NCBI GenBank assembly: GCA_019057385.1
Contig: JAHQJS010000004.1
Span: forward strand, 676,962-740,961
Origin: Candidatus Borrarchaeum weybense
Lineage (GTDB): Archaea; Asgardarchaeota; Sifarchaeia; Borrarchaeales; Borrarchaeaceae
Reading direction: 5' to 3'
Length of the DNA stretch: 64,000 nucleotides
Shown: piece by piece, positions 18,571 to 27,120 of the stretch
Layout: each line of letters starts with the position of its first letter
How positions within the stretch are numbered: position 1 is the stretch's first letter
Translations under genes and position numbers: made by a program
The notes under the pieces: generated by a model
Databases searched by the model: none
Seen by the model: the letters and a program-made list of their open reading frames with translations, nothing else
Told to the model about the DNA's origin: nothing

Positions 18571-19347
18571 TTAATCATCATCATATTCAAGATAGAGTGC
18601 TTTTCCCTCTGATATCGGGTTTATAAACTCCAAAAGTTCCGGTAGTAAACGCATATCCAACTGGCCTTTAACATCAAAAGGCACCTCAAACCACGAACGT
18701 GATTTTAAATCCGCCTTGAAGATCTTGAAGCCTAATGATTTGCCGTCAATTAAGTAAGGGTCAATTACGAGAGCAAGCGATTTAGGCCATAGTTTCTGGT
18801 ATCTGATCTGGGTATCGAAATCATCCGTGCTCATAAAAAGTCCATAAGATGGGTGAGAATGATACCAACCGCAAATGAATAAGTTGTTCTTTTTGATATC
18901 GTTGAAAGCCCTCACGTAATTTTTATAATCCTTGATTTCAGCAGAAACGGCTGATCCATGTCCCATCGGATAAGCGTCTTCTATTTGAACTATAAGACCG
19001 TTATCATCTAATTTACCTGCTAGAAGTCCAATAACTTCTATCCATTGATTCTTTGGAATTCTGGAATTGGCATATTTGAATGAATGGCTTGCAATTTTGA
19101 GAATCGTCGTGACCGAAATGGTTATTGTTTCCTTATCTCTTACAGGTTCAGTAGTGACAAGTTCTTGAGTTGATATTTCTTCAGTCTCTAATTCATCATC
19201 AGGTCGGACAGTAATCTCTTCTCGGAGTTCCTCGGACATCAATAGTTCACTGCGGATTTCTTCAAGAAGTTGTTTTTTTAATTCTTCTTTGATTTTCTTT
19301 TTCAAGTCTTCTAAATCCAAAGCGTCTTTTGGTCCGTCACTATTCAT
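18571..19347 (-). CDS. JAB/MPN+ (JAMM) metalloprotease, Rpn11/CSN5-like deconjugase
   Basis: EVIGLLAG, GWYHSHPSYGLFMSTDD (HxHx7Sx2D), ALVIDP. Confidence 0.92.
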   Translation of the reverse strand: MNSDGPKDALDLEDLKKKIKEELKKQLLEEIRSELLMSEELREEITVRPDDELETEEISTQELVTTEPVRDKETITISVTTILKIASHSFKYANSRIPKNQWIEVIGLLAGKLDDNGLIVQIEDAYPMGHGSAVSAEIKDYKNYVRAFNDIKKNNLFICGWYHSHPSYGLFMSTDDFDTQIRYQKLWPKSLALVIDPYLIDGKSLGFKIFKADLKSRSWFEVPFDVKGQLDMRLLPELLEFINPISEGKALYLEYDDD

Positions 19348-19358
19348 TTAAATCGCCT

Positions 19359-19895
19359 CTACCATTTTTTGTTGGCAAATTTTTTGGTCAAATGTTTTAC
19401 TTTTTTATTAAAGTTCTTTGGGTCATTTATAAGCTCAAGTGCAGCCTTCTTGTTAAAAACGTCTGTTGGATTAACATAATACCCCTTTGTATTCAACATT
19501 GCACGAATTGCTTGTATAACAGTTACAATGGTTTTTGATGGACTCCACCCGCCTTTTTTCCCAACATAATTCGGATCTATAAGACCAAGACAGATATTTC
19601 GCTGTCCTGGATATTCGTGAGGTTTAGGCCAAAAATTCGGATGCCAAATACCAGTATGCATGCGCATAAATGGAGGGTGACGTGGATAATCTGGAGGGAA
19701 TTTAATTTCAAGTTTGAATAACCCACCTTGATATGGGGTTCCCTTGGGACCAATTAGCGTGATAGCAAGGTGATCTATGCTTTTTTGACCTGGAAACGGT
19801 TTTAATTGCGCTATTACACCTTCTTTCAGCATTTTTTTAAGTGCTGCATTATCTTGCGAAATTCGACTACTTCTAACACTCATTTTTTTCACCAT
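19359..19895 (-). CDS. Ubiquitin-conjugating enzyme E2
   Basis: GPKGTPYQGGLF.LEI.FP.DYP..PP, HPN, catalytic ICL, WSP. Confidence 0.93.
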   Translation of the reverse strand: MVKKMSVRSSRISQDNAALKKMLKEGVIAQLKPFPGQKSIDHLAITLIGPKGTPYQGGLFKLEIKFPPDYPRHPPFMRMHTGIWHPNFWPKPHEYPGQRNICLGLIDPNYVGKKGGWSPSKTIVTVIQAIRAMLNTKGYYVNPTDVFNKKAALELINDPKNFNKKVKHLTKKFANKKW

Positions 19896-19966
19896 TTATA
19901 ATAATCATATCTGTTTTTCTACGCTGTCAAAACATCAAATAGAGACTTTTTACAACCATTTGCAAT

Positions 19967-21199
19967 TTAACTGATATGTAACGTTATGAAAAGTTCCCCA
20001 TTTTTAAATCCCGCAGCAGTAACGAGTTCAAGATCTCTTAATTCGTTTTGATAAGGCGTACCATCTTGATCTACTTCTAATACATTGTCAAAATCCATTA
20101 TTGTCAAAATAGGCTCCATTTCAGGGTCTATTACAAACCCCTTTTTAATAAGTGAACTAATTATTTCGCTGCAAGGGTCAGCACGGCTCATTGTGATATC
20201 AATTCTTCGAACATTATCACCGCACTGTCTGCATTGGGGATTTCGATTCTTTCCTATTGAATATAACTTCATAGTCATTGCATTGAATATTTTGTATGAT
20301 TTAACCGGTTCACCAAGACTTTTATTTCCTTTTATTGTGTGTAAGATTTTGATAACTTCGTGAGACTGGAGGGCACTAATCACGGCGTTCATAGTTATAA
20401 TGCCAGGATCATGTATATCGATAAGCTGAACGATTTCGGCTCGTGAAAACAACGGCAGGAAATTATGGCGTTCTGCGAGTTCATTCGCTTCTTTCTGAAT
20501 AAAACTGATGTGTTCAATGTTTTTAGGATCTGCTTCGTCAAGCTCGAACTGTTCCATAAGGGATAGATATGCTTTAAAAACGCAATGGACTCTTTTTCGT
20601 GGAACTCCAACGACCGTACACGCTGCCATGTCATCCATTTCAGCCTCAGGCATTGGGTAGCACTCAAAACATGCGTTTTCATAGGGGAAAATCGTGTAAA
20701 CATGACCATGAAATCCCACAACACCTCCATCAACGAGTGGTTTATTGAAGCGCACACACTGTGCATTCAGGTTAAACCGGGCATTCATTGAGTCCAGTCC
20801 ACCGACAACAACATCCGCTGCGTCATAGATTGCGGGATCAAGTCTCTCAAGTGAGGTGTGGTAACCCTTGATCTTGATGTTCCGATTGATCTCGGTTAAT
20901 TTTTTAGCGGCGACTGTAGCTTTAGGTTCCCCCATTTTGGCACCAACAAAGAGGATCTGTCGATTTAAGTTTGAATGTTCGATTACATCCAAGTCAATGA
21001 GGTCTAGATGCCCGATACCCAGCATGGCGAGATTTTTGGCGATCTCACAACCGAGACCGCCCACCCCTGCAATCAGAACTCGTGAATTCTTAATAATTTT
21101 CTGATCCCAACCATCGAGCCTGAATTGCCGATCGTATAATTCCCGTTCTTCTGAAGTTAAATCTTCACTAAAGAAATCTGAATTTTCCAATTTTTTCAC
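19967..21199 (-). CDS. Ubiquitin-like activating enzyme E1 (ThiF/MoeB fold, UBA2/UBA3-like)
   Basis: YDRQ, GVGGLGCE, DLDVIEHSNLNRQ, GLDS..AR, ACFEC, CT....PR...HC catalytic motif, CRQC. Confidence 0.93.
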   Translation of the reverse strand: MKKLENSDFFSEDLTSEERELYDRQFRLDGWDQKIIKNSRVLIAGVGGLGCEIAKNLAMLGIGHLDLIDLDVIEHSNLNRQILFVGAKMGEPKATVAAKKLTEINRNIKIKGYHTSLERLDPAIYDAADVVVGGLDSMNARFNLNAQCVRFNKPLVDGGVVGFHGHVYTIFPYENACFECYPMPEAEMDDMAACTVVGVPRKRVHCVFKAYLSLMEQFELDEADPKNIEHISFIQKEANELAERHNFLPLFSRAEIVQLIDIHDPGIITMNAVISALQSHEVIKILHTIKGNKSLGEPVKSYKIFNAMTMKLYSIGKNRNPQCRQCGDNVRRIDITMSRADPCSEIISSLIKKGFVIDPEMEPILTIMDFDNVLEVDQDGTPYQNELRDLELVTAAGFKNGELFITLHIS

Positions 21200-21314
21200 C
21201 AGTCTCTATTTTGATTGAAAAGTACGAAATATTCGTACTTTCTTGAGAAGATATAAAAAAATGTTTAAAAGAAAGTGCTCTGTAGTTTTTTGAAAAATGA
21301 AGATTGAATTAAAT

Positions 21315-21653
21315 TCAACCTGCTGTGCTTGCTGGAATTAAGAGGACGGTATCTCCGTCGTTGATCTTATACTCAACTAAAGCACTATCCTCATCCATCG
21401 TAACGCCGTCATGACTTAAATGAAAGTCTGTTGGGGTCAATCCAAACATGTTAGAAACCGTTTCTTTAACGTCTCCCACTCGATACCCGGTATCTACAAG
21501 CAACTTCTGCTTCTTCTCACCGGGACCAATTGTTGACATGAAGTAGACGTTGACTTTCTCCCCTTCAACAATGGGGCTTGATGGCGTTTTTGAACTGATA
21601 TCTTCGGGCTTTTTCTCTTCTGGTTCAAGCTCTTCATCAAATTCTTCAGACAT
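21315..21653 (-). CDS. Ubiquitin-like protein with acidic N-terminal extension, ending ...STAG
   Basis: Beta-grasp pattern (V.DVKE.V...FGL....HL..DG..MDE...L.EY.INDGDTVLL); heads E1-E2-JAB-RING run; AAGGTG SD. Confidence 0.88.
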   Translation of the reverse strand: MSEEFDEELEPEEKKPEDISSKTPSSPIVEGEKVNVYFMSTIGPGEKKQKLLVDTGYRVGDVKETVSNMFGLTPTDFHLSHDGVTMDEDSALVEYKINDGDTVLLIPASTAG

Positions 21654-21880
21654 TTTATACCACCTTATTTTGTAACACAGCCCAAGAAGAAAATGGCACC
21701 TAGATACTTAAATATTTTTAAATTCCTAAAATTTAGCATTTGAAAATTCACAACTACTTGAAGTTCCCTCTTACAACTCAATACTCTAGAACTCTCGAAA
21801 ATGATTTCAATTTCACAAAACACATAGAACGATATTAAATCAATCGTTATATTAACAAGTCTAGTTATGATAAAGAGAGC

Positions 21881-23068
21881 GTGACCCCATTGACTGATGA
21901 TACTCCTCCCAAAACCCAAATCAGCGAGAAAGTACCAGATAAAAAGGTACTTGAGGAACTTAAGAAAGAAAGGGAAAAACTGGAAGAAGAGCGTAAAAAG
22001 TTAGAAAGGGAACGAAATGAATTGGAAAAAAGTATCAAGAAGTTTGAAAGTTACCACGTAACTATCGAAGATCTTGAAAAAAAGAGAAAAGATCGTGAGA
22101 ATGAACTTAAAGATCTTTTAAAAGAAAGGGATCGCTTAAGAAGTGAGTTGGACACGCTTAAGAATGGGGTTTTATTAGAGAAAAAGCGGATTTCCGATGA
22201 AAAAAGATACATTAATATTGAGAAGGAGAAGATCCACAAACAAAATGAAGACCTTGCCAAAGAACTTAGAAAGCAAAATGAAGAACTTGCTAAGGAAATC
22301 AACGCGAAGAATACCGAATTACACAACATTGAAGCAAGAAGTCGGAAAGAGGAGGATCGTATACGCGAGTTAAGAAAAGAAATCTCACGGTTGGAAAATA
22401 GCAGTAATTCTTTACAAAACAAAATTAACAACTTAGAAAACGAAAAAAATCGGCTTGAAACCGATAAGAAACGATTAGAACAAGATAGGAAGAATTTAAG
22501 AGACGAAGTTGATAAAATTAAAAAAGATTCTGAACTTGAGAAGAAGCGGATTTCTGACGAGAAAAAACAAATTGATAAAGATAAAGAGAAACTTCAGAAG
22601 AAAGACAAAGAGCTAGATCGGAATGAAAAAGCATTATGGCGCAAGAAAAAACAAATTGATGACGACATACAAGATCTAGAACGACATCGAAGAAAAGAGG
22701 ATGATCGACTTCGTGAATTGAATAAAACGACATCAAATTTAGAAAACAATAGGCAATCTTTGCAACGAGAAATTAGAGATTTAAAAGATGAAATAAAAAA
22801 ATTGAATAATGAGAAAAAGCGATTAGAACAAGACAGAAAGCAAGCATTAGAAGACTTAAAACGACAAGAAGCGGAAGTTCAAAAGGAAAAACGCGAAATA
22901 GAACATGAAAAGAGAAAGATTAGAGAAGAAAAAAATAGCATCAAAAATGAACGGGAAAAATTGAAACGAGAAAAAGAAAGTCTGGAAAGAGAACGAAAGA
23001 GACTAGAAGAAGAAATTAGAAAACTGAAGAGTATACCAAAAGAAAAAATAAGGACTAAAACTCCTTGA
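21881..23068 (+). CDS. Long coiled-coil protein with internal tandem duplication of about 120 aa
   Basis: E/K/R/L heptads throughout; LEKKRISDEK, RKE.DR.REL and KKRLEQDRK each occur twice. Confidence 0.8.
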   Translation: MTPLTDDTPPKTQISEKVPDKKVLEELKKEREKLEEERKKLERERNELEKSIKKFESYHVTIEDLEKKRKDRENELKDLLKERDRLRSELDTLKNGVLLEKKRISDEKRYINIEKEKIHKQNEDLAKELRKQNEELAKEINAKNTELHNIEARSRKEEDRIRELRKEISRLENSSNSLQNKINNLENEKNRLETDKKRLEQDRKNLRDEVDKIKKDSELEKKRISDEKKQIDKDKEKLQKKDKELDRNEKALWRKKKQIDDDIQDLERHRRKEDDRLRELNKTTSNLENNRQSLQREIRDLKDEIKKLNNEKKRLEQDRKQALEDLKRQEAEVQKEKREIEHEKRKIREEKNSIKNEREKLKREKESLERERKRLEEEIRKLKSIPKEKIRTKTP

Positions 23069-23109
23069 AAGTTATTTTTATGACAGTTATTTGACAAAAA
23101 GCAAGTGGT

Positions 23110-24852
23110 TTAACCCGCTCTACTTGACGGGATTAACAGGATTGTATCTCCATCCTTTATATTGAACTCTTCAAAAATACTGTTTTCATCCAATGTAATT
23201 CCGTTATAAGATAAATGAACTCCTATAGGGTTCAGTCCAAATGAATTCGACACAGTCTCCTTGATATCATTCACTTTGTGATCGAGATTAATGAGTAATT
23301 TTTGTTTCTTTTCGCCAGGTCCAATTGTGGACATGAAGTAGATGTTAATTTGTTTGTCTGTGACATCGTTTTCTATGAGTTTATCGATCTTTTCGCCAGC
23401 GATAGGTTCCGTAATTTCAGAAGTTATCATTGCAGCTGTTTCATCCGTAGGAACTTCTTCTATTGCTGACGGCAGGATGATTTCTTCGACCATTTCTGAG
23501 TCTTCAACGACTTTTTCAAGTTTAGCCTCTTCTTCTGCATGTAATTCCTTTCTTTTAGCCTGCTGTTCCTCTACTTTCTGCCTAAAGTAATTAGTGACTG
23601 TTTCAGTCATAGCATCTTGTATATCATCTTCGTCTATTGTTTTATGGTCGGTTACCAGCCATCGTGCATTAAATTGAATCACATTATCTTCGAATTCGTC
23701 AGGACATATCAGTAAAAATTCACCAGCAGAGAGTTTAGGTAATTGAGCTACTATGTCATTGGCTTTCTCTGGATTCAAACTTTTTAATAGGTGATGCACT
23801 TTTGAGATGTCCTGTTTTGTCATCATACGTCCTAATACCCAGGTGTTTGCTTGTGCCATCGCTTTGTAGTCAATGTCTGCAGGATTTTGAGTTGCAATCA
23901 GATTGCTTACGCCATATTTCCGTGCTTGTTTCATAAGCAGTTGTAAAGAATTCTTAGGGGGAGGATTATAAGGATGTGGTGGCAAATAAGGTGCAATTTC
24001 ATCAACATAGAAAATGAGTTGAGGATCATTCTTTGGATGGCGAAGCATCCATTCATATAATTGTCGGCTTAATGTTGCGATGAAGAAGTGTTTATCGGCT
24101 TCCTTATTCAGCGTGTTAAGATAGATAATGTTTACAGGGGTCTTTCCAGCCTCTACAGGCGTCAAGAAGGTATCGATATCCAGAGCTATACCCATTTCGA
24201 AAATCAGTTTAGTTGCTCCGGTCGCCAAAAATCGAATCTTTTTTGCTAGCTTTCGAATTTCTCTCGTATCGATCACACCAGAAGATCTTTCTTTGAGCTG
24301 TTCAGGAGGATTTTCCACGCATTCAGCTAAAGTCTTTAAATGGTCTAAAGGTGACCCTTGTTCCCTATAATAATCCAAAAGTTGAAAGAGATATGTCTGT
24401 GCTGCTTTCCCGGTATCATTTTCAGGATCGTAGCCTAGGAAACGAATTAAAGTTACTGCTATATTGTCTACTGCCTTTATGATATCTTCAACATCCATTT
24501 CCTCTTCTGAAAATTTTAACGGGTTTATACATAAAGGAATACCTTTTGATGATGCAGGAGTCCAGATACGAACTTCTGCATTTTCCCAATACTCTTCAGC
24601 AAATTCCAGGGGAGTTCCCATCTCTTGAAGTTTCTCTGGATCACCAAGTAGCCCCAGACTTGCAATATCTCCTTGTGGGTCGATTACTAGGGTAGGAATT
24701 TCCTGTCGTGTAGCTTCTTCCACTAATACCTTACAAAAAACAGTCTTTCCAGACCCGGAGGCGCCTAGGGTACAAATATGACGTTTTAAGGTCTTTTTCT
24801 TAAGTTCGACAAATTCCTCTGTTGCTTTATTTTTACCTAAAACTATACTCAC
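23110..24852 (-). CDS. HerA/FtsK-superfamily (DUF87/DUF853-like) ATPase fused to C-terminal ubiquitin-like domain
   Basis: Walker A GASGSGKT, VIDPQGD, Walker B FYVDE, ARKYGV...ATQNP; last 79 aa are 50/79 identical to the Ubl at 21315-21653, ending SRAG. Confidence 0.9.
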   Translation of the reverse strand: MSIVLGKNKATEEFVELKKKTLKRHICTLGASGSGKTVFCKVLVEEATRQEIPTLVIDPQGDIASLGLLGDPEKLQEMGTPLEFAEEYWENAEVRIWTPASSKGIPLCINPLKFSEEEMDVEDIIKAVDNIAVTLIRFLGYDPENDTGKAAQTYLFQLLDYYREQGSPLDHLKTLAECVENPPEQLKERSSGVIDTREIRKLAKKIRFLATGATKLIFEMGIALDIDTFLTPVEAGKTPVNIIYLNTLNKEADKHFFIATLSRQLYEWMLRHPKNDPQLIFYVDEIAPYLPPHPYNPPPKNSLQLLMKQARKYGVSNLIATQNPADIDYKAMAQANTWVLGRMMTKQDISKVHHLLKSLNPEKANDIVAQLPKLSAGEFLLICPDEFEDNVIQFNARWLVTDHKTIDEDDIQDAMTETVTNYFRQKVEEQQAKRKELHAEEEAKLEKVVEDSEMVEEIILPSAIEEVPTDETAAMITSEITEPIAGEKIDKLIENDVTDKQINIYFMSTIGPGEKKQKLLINLDHKVNDIKETVSNSFGLNPIGVHLSYNGITLDENSIFEEFNIKDGDTILLIPSSRAG

Positions 24853-25000
24853 TGTATAGCCTCCTTTTCAGTAGAAGCTAGGACAGTATATACTATATTT
24901 CTTTCCTCTTAGACAAAAAAAATGAATCAAATGGAGGATTATTTAGGCACGATTTTCCGCGAAATATTCGAGGAAACGTTCTCTGGTGAATGTCGGAAAC

Positions 25001-25576
25001 CTAAGGTTTTTTGAACTCTTTTCCGATGGAAAACGCCTTTCCTAGAAATCCTCCCATAGAATAATATTCACGAATTCCGGGAGCATAAGCAATCGGATCA
25101 ATCTTTTTAAAATCGGGATTTCCGTCTTCTCTAAGGCATTCTTCATCAATTTTTACGTCCAAGACTTCGCCCACAAACAGCGTATGCAGTCCTAATTCAT
25201 GAGAATGCACAAGTTTGCACTCAAGAATAAGAGCAAATTCCTTTACGTAAGGAGCGTTTACTAAATCACTCTTGACAGGGGTAAACCCAGTGTCTTCAAA
25301 TTTATTTGTGTTTTTTCCTGAAGCAATGCCAAAATAGTCAACGTGCTTCACGTAGTCTTGAGAAGCAATACTTACCGTGAACTCTTTCTGTTCTAAAATA
25401 TTCCCATAGGTGTAGGTGGCTTTTCTTAAGGCGATAGAGACGCAAACAGGTTTTGAACAGCAAATACTTCCCCAAGCGACCGCCATCACGTTAGGATTTC
25501 CAGATTTATCATAGGTTCCAACTATGAAAACTGGAGTTGGGTAAACGATAGTTTTCGAACCTAGAGATTTTTTCAT
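25001..25576 (-). CDS. Flavin reductase family protein (flavoredoxin-like)
   Basis: [25 protein letters not shown]...KF, V.AP.V.E....[11 protein letters not shown]. Confidence 0.9.
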   Translation of the reverse strand: MKKSLGSKTIVYPTPVFIVGTYDKSGNPNVMAVAWGSICCSKPVCVSIALRKATYTYGNILEQKEFTVSIASQDYVKHVDYFGIASGKNTNKFEDTGFTPVKSDLVNAPYVKEFALILECKLVHSHELGLHTLFVGEVLDVKIDEECLREDGNPDFKKIDPIAYAPGIREYYSMGGFLGKAFSIGKEFKKP

Positions 25577-25620
25577 TTATGATCCCCTCTGATATGTGGA
25601 TCAACTATAAGTTTTGTTTT

Positions 25621-26850
25621 TTAAAGAGTTTTTGAAGAAATGGTTTCACTTAATTTCAGTAAAACAATTACTGTCCCAATAATGGGGAAAATTGCAAGAA
25701 ACACGAACATTACACGTAAACCAAATAATTGTGCCGTAATCCCCCCTAAGACTGACCCGGTGACCGCACCAAGAGATAAACTTGAATTAAGGAGCCCCAT
25801 TGCTTCGTTATGTTTAAATTCAGGAGCAACATCTGAAACAAAGGCACTTCCTCCAGTATAAATCGCCGCAAAAACCACGGAAAGAAAGATTTGAATTGCA
25901 AGCAATAAGAAGAGATCATATGCTAATGCATAGATTATCAAGGTAACACTAGTACCTAGTGACCCTAATATTAAAATTGGTTTTCTTCCTATTTTGTCTG
26001 AAAGCTTTCCAATGGGTGCCATTAGGAATCCCGACAGTCCTAAATAGATGCCAATAAGAATTCCAGCCCACGAGTTCGAAAACAATCCTGCAAAGAAAAT
26101 TGATAAGAAAGAAAACGCACCTCCGTAAGCTGAATAACGTAAATAAAATACTACATACAGCCAACTTAAACCATGCTCTTTTAGGTAAGAGTTTTCGTCA
26201 CTATTTGGTAAAAATCGATTTTTCAATGAACTGATTATCCTTCTGAAGTTTCTTTCTTTATTAGTACTGGTTGTAATCTCTATAAGGAAAATTATAGTCA
26301 ATATTACTGCAGTAAATGCAATGGAACATGCAAGGTAAAATGTCACTGCAAAATTGAAAAGATCTGCAATTAATCCTCCTAGAAATGAGCCACACGCCCA
26401 GCCTATGGAAGTTGATGTATTAAGAATACCTAGACTTTTGCCTTTTTCATGCTTCAAGGAAATTGCAGAGACCAACCCCATGCACGTGGGACGAAATCCT
26501 GCAGCAATAAACCCCATAATCCCCATTAGCAAAATCAAAAGCGTTGGAATATTAATGAAGGCGATGAATAGAAGAATAACTGCCATTCCAGATAGACTAA
26601 AGATGATAAACGGTTTACGTGATCCCATGATATCACTTAAAGCCCCCATAAATACTAAACTCACTGTTTGGACACCATAATAGGTCGCTAAAAGGAGGCT
26701 CGCTTGAAGTAGTGTTGCTCCTAAAGATCTCGCATAAAGAGGCATTACGACCAATGGTATTATTATTGCGAACGAGAACAGCAAATTTACAGTGCTTATC
26801 GGTACTAATGATTTCGAAAAACCCTCTTTTTCTGGATCCAAAGGAATCAT
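25621..26850 (-). CDS. MFS transporter
   Basis: About 12 TM helices; motif A GALSD.MGSRK and GKLSDKIGRK. Confidence 0.92.
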   Translation of the reverse strand: MIPLDPEKEGFSKSLVPISTVNLLFSFAIIIPLVVMPLYARSLGATLLQASLLLATYYGVQTVSLVFMGALSDIMGSRKPFIIFSLSGMAVILLFIAFINIPTLLILLMGIMGFIAAGFRPTCMGLVSAISLKHEKGKSLGILNTSTSIGWACGSFLGGLIADLFNFAVTFYLACSIAFTAVILTIIFLIEITTSTNKERNFRRIISSLKNRFLPNSDENSYLKEHGLSWLYVVFYLRYSAYGGAFSFLSIFFAGLFSNSWAGILIGIYLGLSGFLMAPIGKLSDKIGRKPILILGSLGTSVTLIIYALAYDLFLLLAIQIFLSVVFAAIYTGGSAFVSDVAPEFKHNEAMGLLNSSLSLGAVTGSVLGGITAQLFGLRVMFVFLAIFPIIGTVIVLLKLSETISSKTL

Positions 26851-27120
26851 TTCTGCTCGCGTTCGATGTTTTTGATTCGAATTTAAATTTTTGTGTAGAG
26901 GTTGAAGCTGTCATCTAATCACTTAAGCTTTAGATAAGTTTCATTTCGTCTACAAAACGCTGGAGAACAGCTATTCTTGGTGAAAAGTTCAATTCTCATA
27001 TGTGATCGTCTAGCCAATCGCCGAGGTCTGTAAGAACTCTTCTCCTATCCTCTATTAATTCATTGTAATCGCTTCTGGAGACTCCTTCCTTTTAAGGTGG
27101 AGAGGAAAGAGGCGTAAAAA

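Noticed and set aside
21881-23068. SMC/Rad50 or ESCRT-III identity for the coiled-coil protein
   Set aside because: No Walker motifs, hinge, zinc hook or Snf7-like basic/acidic organisation.
23110-24852. Canonical HerA of the herA-nurA-mre11-rad50 repair operon or a VirB4 conjugation ATPase
   Set aside because: No N-terminal HAS barrel, and no nurA/mre11/rad50 or T4SS genes are adjacent.
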